DNA of 64,000 bases from Paramoeba atlantica (GCA_977017575.1 CDRNVI010000023.1:124001-188000); one strand, 5' to 3'. Shown: positions 44,501 through 54,392, numbered from the stretch's first letter. The notes: generated by a model not told the origin, from the letters alone. A program made the numbers and translations.

Positions 44501-46204
44501 TCAAAGGAGGCTGCATCAGGCGATGTCAAGGCTTCATTCGATACGGAAACAAATTTGCCGCAATCAAATCTATTTGAAAAATCTTCTCCCTTTTCCTTTG
44601 CGGTGAAATCTCCAGAGGGAAAGGAGGCGAGCTTAACTCCGAAGGCTTTCGATTTTAAAGTCTCAACAAAAAGTATTGACACTGAAATATCGACCAAAAC
44701 TCCGGAAACACTCAAGAAATCAAATGAAATACCCTCTGTGTTTCAGTTTGACCAGTCGACGAGCGCTTTTTCCAGTGAAAAAAGGCTTGAGTCTCAGATG
44801 ATGTCTGATACAGAAAACGTGGGCTCAAAGCCAAATACCGATATAAATATTTTTAAAGAAAACGTGACTCACGGGACGACAATATCGCCCGTCGTAGACA
44901 AGGACACACCAAAACCCGAAGACACGACTTTGAATCCCTTCACAAACCTTTCTTTCGGGGTAAAACCACCATCCAGCGCTCCACAAAAGCCTGAGCATAA
45001 AATCCCAAGCCCCTCCCCTACCCTCTCCGCCACCGCAACCCACCCCACCCCTCCCTTAAGACCTTCCCTCCCTCCTTGCGCTCCCCCTCCTCCACCCTCT
45101 GTCCCCGAAAACACGACGAAAATGCCCACCCCCTCACCCTTCACCACGGTCTCCACTACCCAACCCACGGGGACGACCACCACGACCACCACTCACCCCT
45201 TTAAATCCCCCTGGGCCACCCAGCCCCCACCCCCCTCCCCCTTTTCTACAATAGCGACAACAACAGGAGAACAAAAAACGAAAACAACAACAGGAGAAAC
45301 ACAAGGGAATGAAAAAATGGTCTCTTCCTCCACAACACCTTTTTCTTTTTCTTCTTCCCCCTTTGTCGCTGACTCCGGAAACGCAAAGGTTCCGTTCTCT
45401 CATCCCTTTGCTAAATTTTCTTCTACGAACCCTCAAACGGGTTCAAACCCCTTTTCTTCTTCCTCTTCCTCTTCTAGGGGGATTTCACAAAATAAGGGGA
45501 ACAACGGAGGAGAAGGAGAAGAACAGAAGAATCTTGAAAGGAATAAGAATAAGGAGAAGAATAAGGAAAATCAGACACTCGGTAATCCCATCGCTGTGGA
45601 GCCAACCACAGCGAAACCCTCTGAAAGCGTATTCCCCACAAATACGGTTTTATCCTCCGCTCCTCATCCCTTTGGGGGGAGTAACCCATTAGGGGAAATG
45701 AATTCTTTAGGGGATTCAAATTCCTTCCCTGGGGGAGTGGGCGGATGGGGAAATGCGAAGACTATGGGAAGTAGTGCCCTCTCCTCTCATGGAGGATTTG
45801 GAGGGTTTGGGCATTCAAATACGATGGGGAACAGTTCCCCTTCCTCCAATGTTGGATTTGGAAGTTCTTCGAATAGCATGGGAAAGAGTTCAACAGGATT
45901 TGGTGCACGTTCTGCATTTTCAGCCTCGGCTGGGTTTTGGTCTCCCGCCGCTGGGAATGCGACAGAGATGAGTACTGGTGGACCAGCACAAACTGAGACT
46001 GCAGTATTTGGGTCCAATACTCGTTTTCAGAGTCCCAATGGACAACATGAAAGGGGAGCTCAAGGCCATGGATGGGGAAATGGTCTTTCGCAGAACAATG
46101 TGAAAACGCAGGAGGGGGGAACCAACAATGGGGGTCGCGGGGGTTTCCCGCCATCGGTACCTCAAACAGGGTTTCGTCCACGTAGTGCGTTTGCGGGAAT
46201 GTGA
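41504..46204 (+). CDS. Large Ser/Thr-rich low-complexity protein, possible FG-nucleoporin
   Basis: 1566 aa; NPF/SPF/FG motifs cluster at both ends (GGFGGFG, VGFGSSS, TGFGARSAF, AVFGS); short coiled coil ~43130-43215; the CDS is solid, the function tentative. Confidence 0.5.
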   Translation: MVDSNPFKGNKMSSSSVFSDKPDEKSKASNPFLSTSSVSSTGGFHGLVQLKNAIEKNENKSTKKFTSAFTNFPKDTPVLSTHDYVEEFDMLSESGSDTLSTKSSNLSPSDSLSFTENQIPSIDQKLSLRSDSSMLCSTPNAKHSTSEILFDKVETSISTLKGLSVADTGLGKSCEEGPHIESENDKCIKSQTAKNFVSHETLDDIHRTSSMPFQAPSSSAGLGGFGLAMRLAQNLQEKNNNKNSNGEIRNTSAFRDFPQAESVAYSPPFGSLSDSESCASQSFYESDEDRTTRHSSSISEFMDVLTLKANEAEIPGHVLANPDHQKTPSSTSSQSLVGLHTPELSPYPESIEMSEIRKSWLNDTRSGVISDFVQLSSFDQANLQGLASDLQQSYSPSSGHFTGDALIIASENVSIKKEIFSETMLEPSTEQSLGSKWSSQITHPSVLHSANMELGEGSVEDNLCNEGIQSTVFDINSINPVNSANDLDERTAWLENFLETLSIDSSSAEPTDTRMSSTLVDEIRKRSVSQCSELRNVYPIMEQRTESMNARLEAERDKLRETLREVQRMRSRAPSLASGTQAHSVRSVNSAILTPFLDAQSSPADTNSPRDNVVSRPLEKDETATKRDSTLPSSGDFMFGFTQLYLGSAHPERATTWESLTEECGRLSTRSSTKESGEGIRKKPIPKFKGFRVPTSAPVSEHSKATVSKSKLRPSESRASQTDDVDKGVSTNFLHYKDSNRKSFEESSLQKSETLPSEQISKSPNVTRKPDHSGRAAMPSLDVSSIKSSREASPDPFPPPSSHFRQQLAVKGSKIFTDKIQVEQLETRSNKPVSSLALNTTQALDSAGMSTHSREDMRSITPTAIQGKKDVIAQELYVKSDKKAPEKSTASTLLSSSKEVALSFVENTTSLSIGQQLENIDETENATPFSDVNFAAGTKKISTIELSSHLETKGSKDSVNSFSNNLKSQLSIANTGSLLEQKAETPSFSSQVLSTLLPKSKEAASGDVKASFDTETNLPQSNLFEKSSPFSFAVKSPEGKEASLTPKAFDFKVSTKSIDTEISTKTPETLKKSNEIPSVFQFDQSTSAFSSEKRLESQMMSDTENVGSKPNTDINIFKENVTHGTTISPVVDKDTPKPEDTTLNPFTNLSFGVKPPSSAPQKPEHKIPSPSPTLSATATHPTPPLRPSLPPCAPPPPPSVPENTTKMPTPSPFTTVSTTQPTGTTTTTTTHPFKSPWATQPPPPSPFSTIATTTGEQKTKTTTGETQGNEKMVSSSTTPFSFSSSPFVADSGNAKVPFSHPFAKFSSTNPQTGSNPFSSSSSSSRGISQNKGNNGGEGEEQKNLERNKNKEKNKENQTLGNPIAVEPTTAKPSESVFPTNTVLSSAPHPFGGSNPLGEMNSLGDSNSFPGGVGGWGNAKTMGSSALSSHGGFGGFGHSNTMGNSSPSSNVGFGSSSNSMGKSSTGFGARSAFSASAGFWSPAAGNATEMSTGGPAQTETAVFGSNTRFQSPNGQHERGAQGHGWGNGLSQNNVKTQEGGTNNGGRGGFPPSVPQTGFRPRSAFAGM

Positions 46205-46496
46205 GGCCATGGTCGAACAGAGGGGGGCGGAAGTGATCGTATGAGTAAGTGTACGGAGATTATGTGATGGACGACGGTGTGCAGTGCAAATGTCAAGTAC
46301 AGCAATCTAAAACTGTGATGTGATGGGAGTATCTAGAGGAAACCGTGCATATTTCTTTCACCCAACTTTTTTTGAGGAAGGATTTTATTAAAATGTGTGG
46401 ATGATTAGAGAGCATACATGTATGTTTGGGATTTATTAGATACTGATGTATTGCTAGACATTTACAATTTTATAAATTAAAATATTTTTAATTACC

Positions 46497-47927
46497 ATGC
46501 CCCTTGCCTTGGCGCACACTGTTCAAAAACTCGAAAAAAGAAAACGTGTACAACCTTGTTACACGAAAGAGCAAAAGATGGAGTTCGCACGGAAAAGTAA
46601 TGCTTATCCAAATACCGAACAAGCTGCAAGAGCACTTGGTGTGTCAAGTACCGCTCTTCGAGAATGGAGAGCAGGTATAGTGAATCCCGTAGCTTGTTTC
46701 TCGAGAGAGAGAAAACTCGACTTTGTTGAACAGACGAAAAAATACGCAAAACTATCAGATGCTGCTAAAGCCTTGGGTATACCTGCTAAGACTCTCTCAA
46801 AGTGGCGCGTGGATCAAAATGGCGCGAATCTTTTAGGAAGTACTGCAAGGGATCGATCGGGCCCTGACAACTCTTGTCTCCCTAAGTCTTCCTCTCCACC
46901 CCAGAAATACAATACAAAGACGCATTCTTCATCTGTTTCTCAAAGTGAGTGCAATACTGAAGGCAATGTGAAGCCCGCAGAAAACAATTGCTATACTCAT
47001 GAAATATTTCAAAATGGCCCTTTGGAAGATGCAACACGCTCTTCTTTCGACACGCATGTCGAGGCTCCCAACCATTACCAAAGTTTGATTCAGTCGGCGG
47101 AACACGTTGAAATTCCATGGCTTCTGCCTGAAATAAATCCCGAATTAGTGCGCAGATTTAAAAACTACAACGAACAGCAAGTTTTTGACCACGTAGACGA
47201 TTTGATTGAAGAAGGAGAGCGAATCCTTCAGGGCTTGGAGGAACAGAAATTACAAGAATTGGCGCTCTTCTGGTCGCCTCACCGAAAATTGCGGTATATA
47301 CTTTGGGAAACCCTCGCGCCTCGCATTTTGTTAGAATCCCTTCACAAGGCCTATGGCTATCATCTTGAGCTAAAGGAGTTCGAGGAACTGTACCACGCGT
47401 CCATTCGAAACACATGGCCCTGGCTTCTCTCCTATCCCTACTCTGTTCGTAGAGATGTTCTTTTCTGGTGTGGAGATGTCACCGACGTGGACTGTAAACT
47501 TCGAGGCTATATGGAATACACGTATTACTTGTACCAGCGAAAAGGGGTATTGTACCCCGTAAATAAGAAAACAGAACTAAAACAAGAAACTGAAAATGAT
47601 ATGAATAATGCATCCGTCCTGTCCTCACAAACACTTGAGGATACGTTGCGTCCTTTTAGGGGTTCCGAACCTCCAACGGATCTTTGGGACTTTTCTTGTC
47701 TAGAAACTCATAGTGATATGGCGGAGCGAGTTCAAACAGAGGCAGAATTCAATGGTTTTCAGAAAAAATGGCACATTGAAATGGCACGAGCCTACTGGAG
47801 ACTGTTTGATCGGTCTCCAGTAGGCTCGTGCCATTTCAATGTGCCATTTTTTCTGAAAACCATTGAATTCTGCCTCTGTTTGAACTCTGAGAATGATACT
47901 CTCCGTTTTTTGGGTATACGTGCGTAA
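46497..47927 (+). CDS. Protein with two tandem transposase-type HTH repeats
   Basis: YTKEQKMEF..AARALGVSSTALREW and FSRERKLDF..AAKALGIPAKTLSKW; no DDE domain seen; C-terminus runs through a perfect palindrome. Confidence 0.6.
   Translation: MPLALAHTVQKLEKRKRVQPCYTKEQKMEFARKSNAYPNTEQAARALGVSSTALREWRAGIVNPVACFSRERKLDFVEQTKKYAKLSDAAKALGIPAKTLSKWRVDQNGANLLGSTARDRSGPDNSCLPKSSSPPQKYNTKTHSSSVSQSECNTEGNVKPAENNCYTHEIFQNGPLEDATRSSFDTHVEAPNHYQSLIQSAEHVEIPWLLPEINPELVRRFKNYNEQQVFDHVDDLIEEGERILQGLEEQKLQELALFWSPHRKLRYILWETLAPRILLESLHKAYGYHLELKEFEELYHASIRNTWPWLLSYPYSVRRDVLFWCGDVTDVDCKLRGYMEYTYYLYQRKGVLYPVNKKTELKQETENDMNNASVLSSQTLEDTLRPFRGSEPPTDLWDFSCLETHSDMAERVQTEAEFNGFQKKWHIEMARAYWRLFDRSPVGSCHFNVPFFLKTIEFCLCLNSENDTLRFLGIRA
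47728..47887. repeat. Perfect 75-bp inverted repeat with 10-nt spacer
   Basis: Arms 47728-47802 and 47813-47887; spacer tgtttgatcg. Confidence 0.95.
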
Positions 47928-48377
47928 GCGCATTTTTAAAAAAGGCCTTTATAGAATTTTCTTTATGATCATTAGTTTAACTCATTATGCTAACTAAGCA
48001 CTCATTTTTGTATGATATCACTAAGCTTTATACTTTTTTTTAACTAAATATCCTTTTCTCTTCAAATCGAGACTCTGCTTTTCAGTTTCATTTTTGCTAT
48101 TATTCCTTTTTGCTATTGTTCCTTGCGCTTTTATGTGACCAATCTCCTTCACAATCGAGCAACCTTTTTTCTCGCCAGAATGTTGCCCGAACTTTGGGCA
48201 TGTAAAAACCCAACCTGTTATAATTATTTTCTTATCTTCTTTTCTTTTCTTTCTTGACAGAATAAATACATAGAAATAGAGGGAGTGCGCGTGAAATCTC
48301 GATGACATCTCGCGAAACCTCGGTGAAACTTCGCCACCCGCATCCCCTCAATTATTATAGTTATAGCTTTAACTATT

Positions 48378-48718
48378 TAGGCTCTTCGTTAAACGCGGTG
48401 GTCGTTTTCAACTTAGAAGTCACTCATGCTGAGCGCTTCGCGTTGAAAACGACCACCGCGTTTAACGGAGAGCCTAAAAAAGAAAAATCGGCAAAAGAAA
48501 GATGGGGATTAGATGAATAATCAATTTTTTTGGGTGAAAAAGCTGGATTTTTTGGCAAATATTCCGAAATTTTTTGGGCCGAATTTGGGCTGTTTTGGAT
48601 GCCTTACCAGTATGGGCAGGAGTCGAATCTGTCGACAAAAACGTCGTAGAATGGTAGCTGAGGTCCCAAAATCTCTAAATACGGTTTAGGAGTCGATTTT
48701 GGAAAACTAATATTTTTA
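48378..48718 (-). mobile_element. Family A copy, core type 2, 5'-truncated
   Basis: Hairpin from 48378, then ttttggatgccttaccagt..ggagtcgattttggaaaa matching the reverse complement of ~27270-27460. Confidence 0.8.
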
Positions 48719-49022
48719 CTAGATAGAAATTGTGAGTATTAAATGGATACATGTATACAATGTAATACGTGTATATTTGTAATACGTGTATATTCGCATG
48801 ATGACGCAACCTAGTTCCGCTATTGATGGGTGCATGATACCAAAACAATGCTTACCGAAAGAGACTGAAAAACTACCTGTTCTTTTGACTTATTCATTCG
48901 AAAGAAACTATTTTTCTTATTCTTTGTTTCAAGACCACACCTAAATCAGTTTCCGTCTTTTTCACGCTCTATTTTCTACTTTTATCCACTTTTGCCCGTA
49001 CATTTGTTTTACCCTTCTGCTC

Positions 49023-49535
49023 ATGGTTCGGATCCAAGTCCAACGTCCTCCTCTCAAACCCAACGCTACCTCCGTCAGCACGGAAACCACAATCTTAAAT
49101 TCTCCTTCCGGTTTGCCCCTCCAAAACGTGCCAGAAAAATCATCTGAAAGTTCATCAAAGAACACACTTAAACGCACACCATCGACAGCTATATCAAAAG
49201 AAGAAATTTCCGAATTTATGCCAACAAAGGAAAAAAATCTGCAACCACAGAAAAAGACTGCAGCTGAGAAAAAGTGGCAACGTCGAATGGAGGAAAGAGA
49301 ACGTAAGAAGCGTGTGCGACACCTAGCCGACACCTTAAAAGAACAAATGGAGGCACAAAGTCGTCGGGCTCGGGAGGAACGAAAAAAGAGCTTAGAACGA
49401 CGCAAGGAGAGGGAAAGGGACGGAATGGTGCTGCAGAAAATTTCCCGCACGCGGGCGATTAAAAAACTGGCCCCCCACGTACGACGGCGATTGGGTATCT
49501 ATGCCAATCATGAGCTACAGAAACAAATGATGTAG
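49023..49535 (+). CDS. Cgr1/CCDC86-like basic coiled-coil ribosome-biogenesis protein
   Basis: KKWQRRMEERERKKRVR..RRKERERDGMVLQKIS..IKKL pattern. Confidence 0.55.
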   Translation: MVRIQVQRPPLKPNATSVSTETTILNSPSGLPLQNVPEKSSESSSKNTLKRTPSTAISKEEISEFMPTKEKNLQPQKKTAAEKKWQRRMEERERKKRVRHLADTLKEQMEAQSRRAREERKKSLERRKERERDGMVLQKISRTRAIKKLAPHVRRRLGIYANHELQKQMM

Positions 49536-49693
49536 AACAGAGGCATCGCTTTTTGTGTTTTCATGTGAGTATGTACGCGTGATTCGCTTTCGTGTTTTGT
49601 AAACTGTTCATTTCATGATCATCAATTCCGGAATGGGTACTTTCACGGGTTACTCAAGTACTTTAAAATGCTAATTATCGTGGATGAATTGTC

Positions 49694-49726
49694 AGCTGCG
49701 GGTGAGTCCGGACTCACCCGCAGCTT
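49694..49726. repeat. 33-bp palindrome (16-bp arms, 1-nt centre)
   Basis: agctgcgggtgagtcc-g-ggactcacccgcagct. Confidence 0.9.
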
Positions 49727-49843
49727 CTCAGGTGAAAGTTGGTCTAACCATAGTTAACTTATTTAAACTATACATGTATACTTTTAGTTCATTTCACTTG
49801 TCGGACTTGCTTCTATTAAATATCATTTCTATATAGTGGATTC

Positions 49844-50689
49844 ATGCCTATTGAGTGGTTCTATATTTGCGCCTTTATTCTCTGCGCGGAGGAACAACCA
49901 CGCACCAGGTTAGGAAAAGTAAGGCCTGAAGTAATCTCCGAAGATGCTATTATGATGGGACTAGTATCAGAAATAAAGAATCCAGACCCCTCTTGGGTTA
50001 TTACTAACAAGAAAGGATTGCTCTCGCATAAAAGAACCTCAGTTTGTCAGTGGAGAGGTGTTTCTTGCGATTCCCAGTCAAATGTGGAGAGAATATTCTG
50101 GGAAAATCTGGGTATGCGTGGAACTTTAAAAGGCCCATTTCCACGTCGCTTGAACGCTTTCGGGATTTGGAATAATAACCTATTTGGCGAGATACATGTG
50201 TGCCATTTTCCCGATTCTCTCACAGCATTTCACATTGATTGTAATCACTATACAGGCTCACTAGATCTCACACGACTTCCTCCTGGAATGGTAAAGTTGT
50301 CCATGTATCAAAATTCATTTTCTGGGCCCTTGGATATCAGTGCGCTACCCCCTACAATAACACAACTAGGATTCGCGGAAAACAAACTGACGGGAGTTCT
50401 AAACTTTGTGCATCTGCCGAAAGCATTCGAGTTTATATCATTGTTTGGGAATAATATCGTGGCTTACATTCCTCCCTCTTGGTTCCATATGCGGTTATGT
50501 GTCGAGGGAAAAAGTCCTCGCAAGTATGCAAAGCTGGGGGATGCAACGCCCTCATCTCTCATAAGGTGTGAAGCCAAGAAAAATGATTTTTATCAACTTG
50601 ATACACGAAATTCAAAGCCATGTGTAGTAGAAGAAAACACAGACTTTTCAAAATTAAGGTGGAAAGCAATTTGTATTCCTTTTGTATAA
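49844..50689 (+). CDS. LRR protein with predicted signal peptide, GKV-motif family
   Basis: MPIEWFYICAFILCA, RLGKVRPEV, SVCQWRGVSC, about 5 LRRs. Confidence 0.85.
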   Translation: MPIEWFYICAFILCAEEQPRTRLGKVRPEVISEDAIMMGLVSEIKNPDPSWVITNKKGLLSHKRTSVCQWRGVSCDSQSNVERIFWENLGMRGTLKGPFPRRLNAFGIWNNNLFGEIHVCHFPDSLTAFHIDCNHYTGSLDLTRLPPGMVKLSMYQNSFSGPLDISALPPTITQLGFAENKLTGVLNFVHLPKAFEFISLFGNNIVAYIPPSWFHMRLCVEGKSPRKYAKLGDATPSSLIRCEAKKNDFYQLDTRNSKPCVVEENTDFSKLRWKAICIPFV

Positions 50690-50945
50690 AGTTCAAATAA
50701 CATTAAGGCAATTGCGACATAGGAAATATCACCATCAATGATAATGGACGAAAATCAAAACATAAAAAACGGGACAAGAAGTAAAAATTGTCATTAATTA
50801 CCGTTACTATTTCTGTGCTATAGGCTTGGTCTTCCACGAAAAAGTTGAAATTGGCAGAAACAAAGACAATCGTGCGGCAAAGTTCTCCATTACAATTACT
50901 TAGTAGTACAACACTTTATATTGTTAAGACCCACACAGATTACAA

Positions 50946-51172
50946 TGCTTCCCTTTTTTTCTCATGCTTTTCAGGGCTGCGGATCAGTAGCCACGCAGTT
51001 GATTAGGGAAGGTAAGACTTCATTTTATTCTGGAGGACGATATTATGATGGGAGTGATATCAGAAATACAAAATCCAGAACCGTCATGGGTTACAGTCAA
51101 ACCTAAATCAATCTTTGGCAAGAAAAAATATTATCTCCGTGTGCACATTGAGCGGCGTTTCCTGTGATCATC
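50946..51172 (+). pseudogene. Truncated, frameshifted 5' fragment paralogous to LRR 49844
   Basis: tattatgatggga..atcagaaata..aatccaga is shared with ~49948-49990; ends after the LRRNT cysteine region. Confidence 0.6.
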
Positions 51173-51489
51173 ATTTCTCGGTTTGGTTTGATGTTATACG
51201 TCGAGGCTAACCCCCGGAGGATGGCTAAATTACAGGACTCCTCGGCTCGACGTCTTGTAGGGCATGAAGCTTTGAAAAATCACTTTTATGCGCTTGAATC
51301 AAATGAAGTCCACAAGTGAAAGGCGTAGAACATTTGTTGAATTCAAAGCGGGAATTTATCTCAATACCAGTTGAAAGATGACGGCAAGTTGAACTTTCGT
51401 AATACGCCCTAGGCATATCAGGGATCAAGAGAGGACCGACTTACGTTGATATATTTCAACCTCTGAACATTTTTATTTCGAATTCAAAG

Positions 51490-51672
51490 TACTGCTCCCC
51501 CTCCCCTCGAGTTCACCCGGTCGGACCACCCGTTTAAGCGCTTATAGAGTTAAGGTGCAGACTCCGGCGCCGCGAAGCGGCGCCAATTTTTGTATTATGT
51601 ACTGATTCAGACCCCCCCGTTTAAGCGCACTTTTCACGGAAATCGAGATGCGCTTAAACGGGGGGGACAGTA
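51490..51672. mobile_element. Short MITE with TA TSD
   Basis: TA-ctgctccccc ... ggggggacag-TA; internal cccgtttaagcgc repeats and the hairpin ggcgccgc-gaa-gcggcgcc. Confidence 0.55.
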
Positions 51673-51933
51673 TTTTCAAACTTTCTTATTAATGTGTCGT
51701 TCGTTATTGTTGTATTGCTTACATGCTTTGCAGTGCCATGATGAACCGTTTTTCCTTATTCGCTTTGTTCAAGGACAAAATCTGGTCAAAGTGAAGCATT
51801 ATTGCGCCTTTTTTGGAAAAAAATAAATGAAGATATTTTTTTAGCTTTATGGGCCGCTATTACTTATTTCTTTTGATTTCGCTTTTTTAAAGGTTTTAAA
51901 AAAAGCGCTTTATAAAGGATTTTAAAAAGCACT

Positions 51934-52209
51934 TTATAAAGGATTTCCCCCGCTTTTTCCGATCTTCAGATCATTGACGACTTCTCCGCTAAACTTTGGT
52001 CGATCTTTTCTTTCTTCATCAAAGCACCCAAGGGTCCCATTCCCACGGGATCGTACTGCCTTCTTGAGCATCTCATTCATGAGTTCAACAGTGTTGGTGT
52101 GCACCAAAGATCGTCGATGATTAACTGTCTCATGCCGCAAGTCGTTTCCCAGCGAGCGACTCGATCGCCAACAATCAGTGCGCGTTACGGTTCGGCTTCC
52201 AGCAGACAA
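51934..52209 (-). pseudogene. Merlin/IS1595-family transposase C-terminal fragment
   Basis: HETVNHRRSLVHTNTVE..MLKK resembles the H.TVNHS..FV..HTN.IE..W..K motif. Confidence 0.5.
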
Positions 52210-52465
52210 CTTAATTAATTGTGTTGTTGTGCGCAGTTCATAGTGATAAACCGTGAAAAAAGTTTGTATTTTTAATAATCTGACACACTCTAAAAGAAAA
52301 CATACTTAGTTCAAACCAATATTTGAAAAATGTAAAAAAGTGATTTTTTGGCGCAATAATGCTTCACTTTCACCCAAAATCTTTAAAACACTACAGATAC
52401 ATACACATACTATTGGTTACTATTTAAGGGTACTACGATTAACATGTTAAGATTTCTCTTCTACA

Positions 52466-53242
52466 ATGTTTCGTAGACTGCAGGTTATTCTCTCTGATTC
52501 GCTGCGAGAGAAAATCATTGCCAACCGCTTGCTACGCGCAAAGCTCTCCAAGGATCCTGAGCTCGCTGTTAGGTTTGAAAACATGTCACTTTGGGAAAAA
52601 GATGATTTCCTCTATCTTATGCACAAGGAAGAAAAAACGCGTCACCTGCAGCAGCAGGCGGATCGGACACGACAAGAACAGTGTCAATCCAGTGAGGAAT
52701 CGTTTCAAAAAATGTTAAAGAAAAAACAGCCTCAACGAGGACAGACATCCACAGAACCTTCTCCTGGACGTGATGCTTCTACAAATAGCAGCTCCCCTAT
52801 TGAAGATGTGGAAGACATTTACGCTCAAGCTCTTCGTACTCACCGAAAACGAGAAGAAAGGGAACAAGCATTTCAAATGACGGGGGACGGTGCCGACGAA
52901 GAAGACACAAGAAAAGCGCAAGAGCAATGGAATCAGCATATGGCGCAGTCGCGCGTGTTAATGAAAGAAAGGGGCTTTGCTGAACGCGTCAACCGCAAAT
53001 CACGGAAACTGTTTAATCACCAGATCGAACGGATCGCCTCTCAAGTGGGGCGGTGCGTCATCGTCGATGTGACGCCAAAGGCGAAAACCCCACTACTTAC
53101 CAGAGCAGAGCGAAGGAAAATTGAGCAAAGTACAGCAGAAAATACTGCGTCTCAGGAAAAGGGCAGCAGGAATCATCCCTCCGTTCTTCATGAACGTGGA
53201 AGTTGTACATCTCTTCCAAACACCAATCTTTTTCTTGGGTAG
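52466..53242 (+). CDS. Hypothetical charged/coiled-coil protein with mitochondrial-presequence-like N-terminus
   Basis: 258 aa; begins MFRRLQVILS; E/K/Q/R-rich; no family recognised. Confidence 0.55.
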   Translation: MFRRLQVILSDSLREKIIANRLLRAKLSKDPELAVRFENMSLWEKDDFLYLMHKEEKTRHLQQQADRTRQEQCQSSEESFQKMLKKKQPQRGQTSTEPSPGRDASTNSSSPIEDVEDIYAQALRTHRKREEREQAFQMTGDGADEEDTRKAQEQWNQHMAQSRVLMKERGFAERVNRKSRKLFNHQIERIASQVGRCVIVDVTPKAKTPLLTRAERRKIEQSTAENTASQEKGSRNHPSVLHERGSCTSLPNTNLFLG

Positions 53243-53872
53243 GAATCCTCGTATCTTTTTTCGCTTAGTACCCATTATGTCAATGGTTGTATTACTGCGG
53301 CTAAGTCCTCGATTATTTAAAGATTGGATTCTAACCATTAGAAGAGTGAAGCACTGATACTTGGACTGGTGCGCTTTAAACGGGAGGGGCAGTACTTAGT
53401 ACTTTCCGAGCTTTGACCGCAATATCCCCTCAGAGAATTCACGGAACGGGTCTTCGTCCAGAGCAGCACTCCTTTGCCACCTTCAGTAGGTCAATGAGCA
53501 GCTCCGCCAAAATGTCTTTGAGGCCAATCGTCTATGAGATACACTCATTAGGGATTTTCAGTTCCGTTTCTTATTTCCAAATCGATACGTACACCGTACT
53601 TACTATGATCTAAAGGATGCTGTACAGCATCATACTCATATCCCCCATTTTCTGTTTAATACCTGCCCCCCTTCCCCCATGCTTTAATTTAATGCTTAAA
53701 TTTTAGTTTCGTAGGCATTGGCCCGAAACCCATTCTCTTGATGGGGGTCGCTGTATCACATTGGTTGTATAACTAACGCACCTCCCTTCGATGTATTTCG
53801 AAGGTTGGCGTAGCAAGCACGCTTCTTATCCATAGTTTACAAAAATTATCGAGTATTAAACATTTCGGCTCG

Positions 53873-54376
53873 ATGCCATCGAAAATGTACCCTTAAATAG
53901 GTTTTTTTGAGTTTTTTATAGTTTTCATTTCTTCACGCCAGATTCATATTGGGGTGCCTTTGCAACGTTTTTTCACCGATTTTTACGTACTTATTCTTAC
54001 CAAGTTTATCCTCAAAGCATAATATCCGATGTTAAAAAAGCCTATTTTTTTTGGAATTTCATCGGTTTCGTTTACTCTTACTTCATTCATAAGAATGAAG
54101 TACTGGTGCTTGCAGCGATTACTTCGCCTTCCATCAGGGCAAGTGCACTTAGTCGTGCTTTCCCTCTATGTAGATTGTAAGAGTGAACGAAACCGATGAA
54201 ATTCCGAAAAAAGAAACTTTTTTGACGTCGGCACTTAGGTATTGAGGATAAACTAGGTAAGCGAAAGCATGTAAAAATGGGTGAAAAAACGTTGCAAAGG
54301 CACCAGAATATGAATCTGGAGTGTAGAAATGAAAACTATAAAACAAAACGTTTTTGGGGTGCATTTTCGATGGCAT
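53873..54376. mobile_element. Fold-back element with ~200-bp imperfect inverted arms
   Basis: 53873-54081 vs 54177-54376 (atgccatcgaaaatg / cattttcgatggcat; ttgcaacgttttttcacc / ggtgaaaaaacgttgcaa); ends 17 bp before the LRR ATG. Confidence 0.8.
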
Positions 54377-54392
54377 TAATCCAACATTTTTT

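Noticed and set aside
51490-53396. Large TIR element capturing gene 52466-53242
   Set aside because: The 53370-53396 end matches only short words of the 51490 MITE, which already has its own right TIR at 51672
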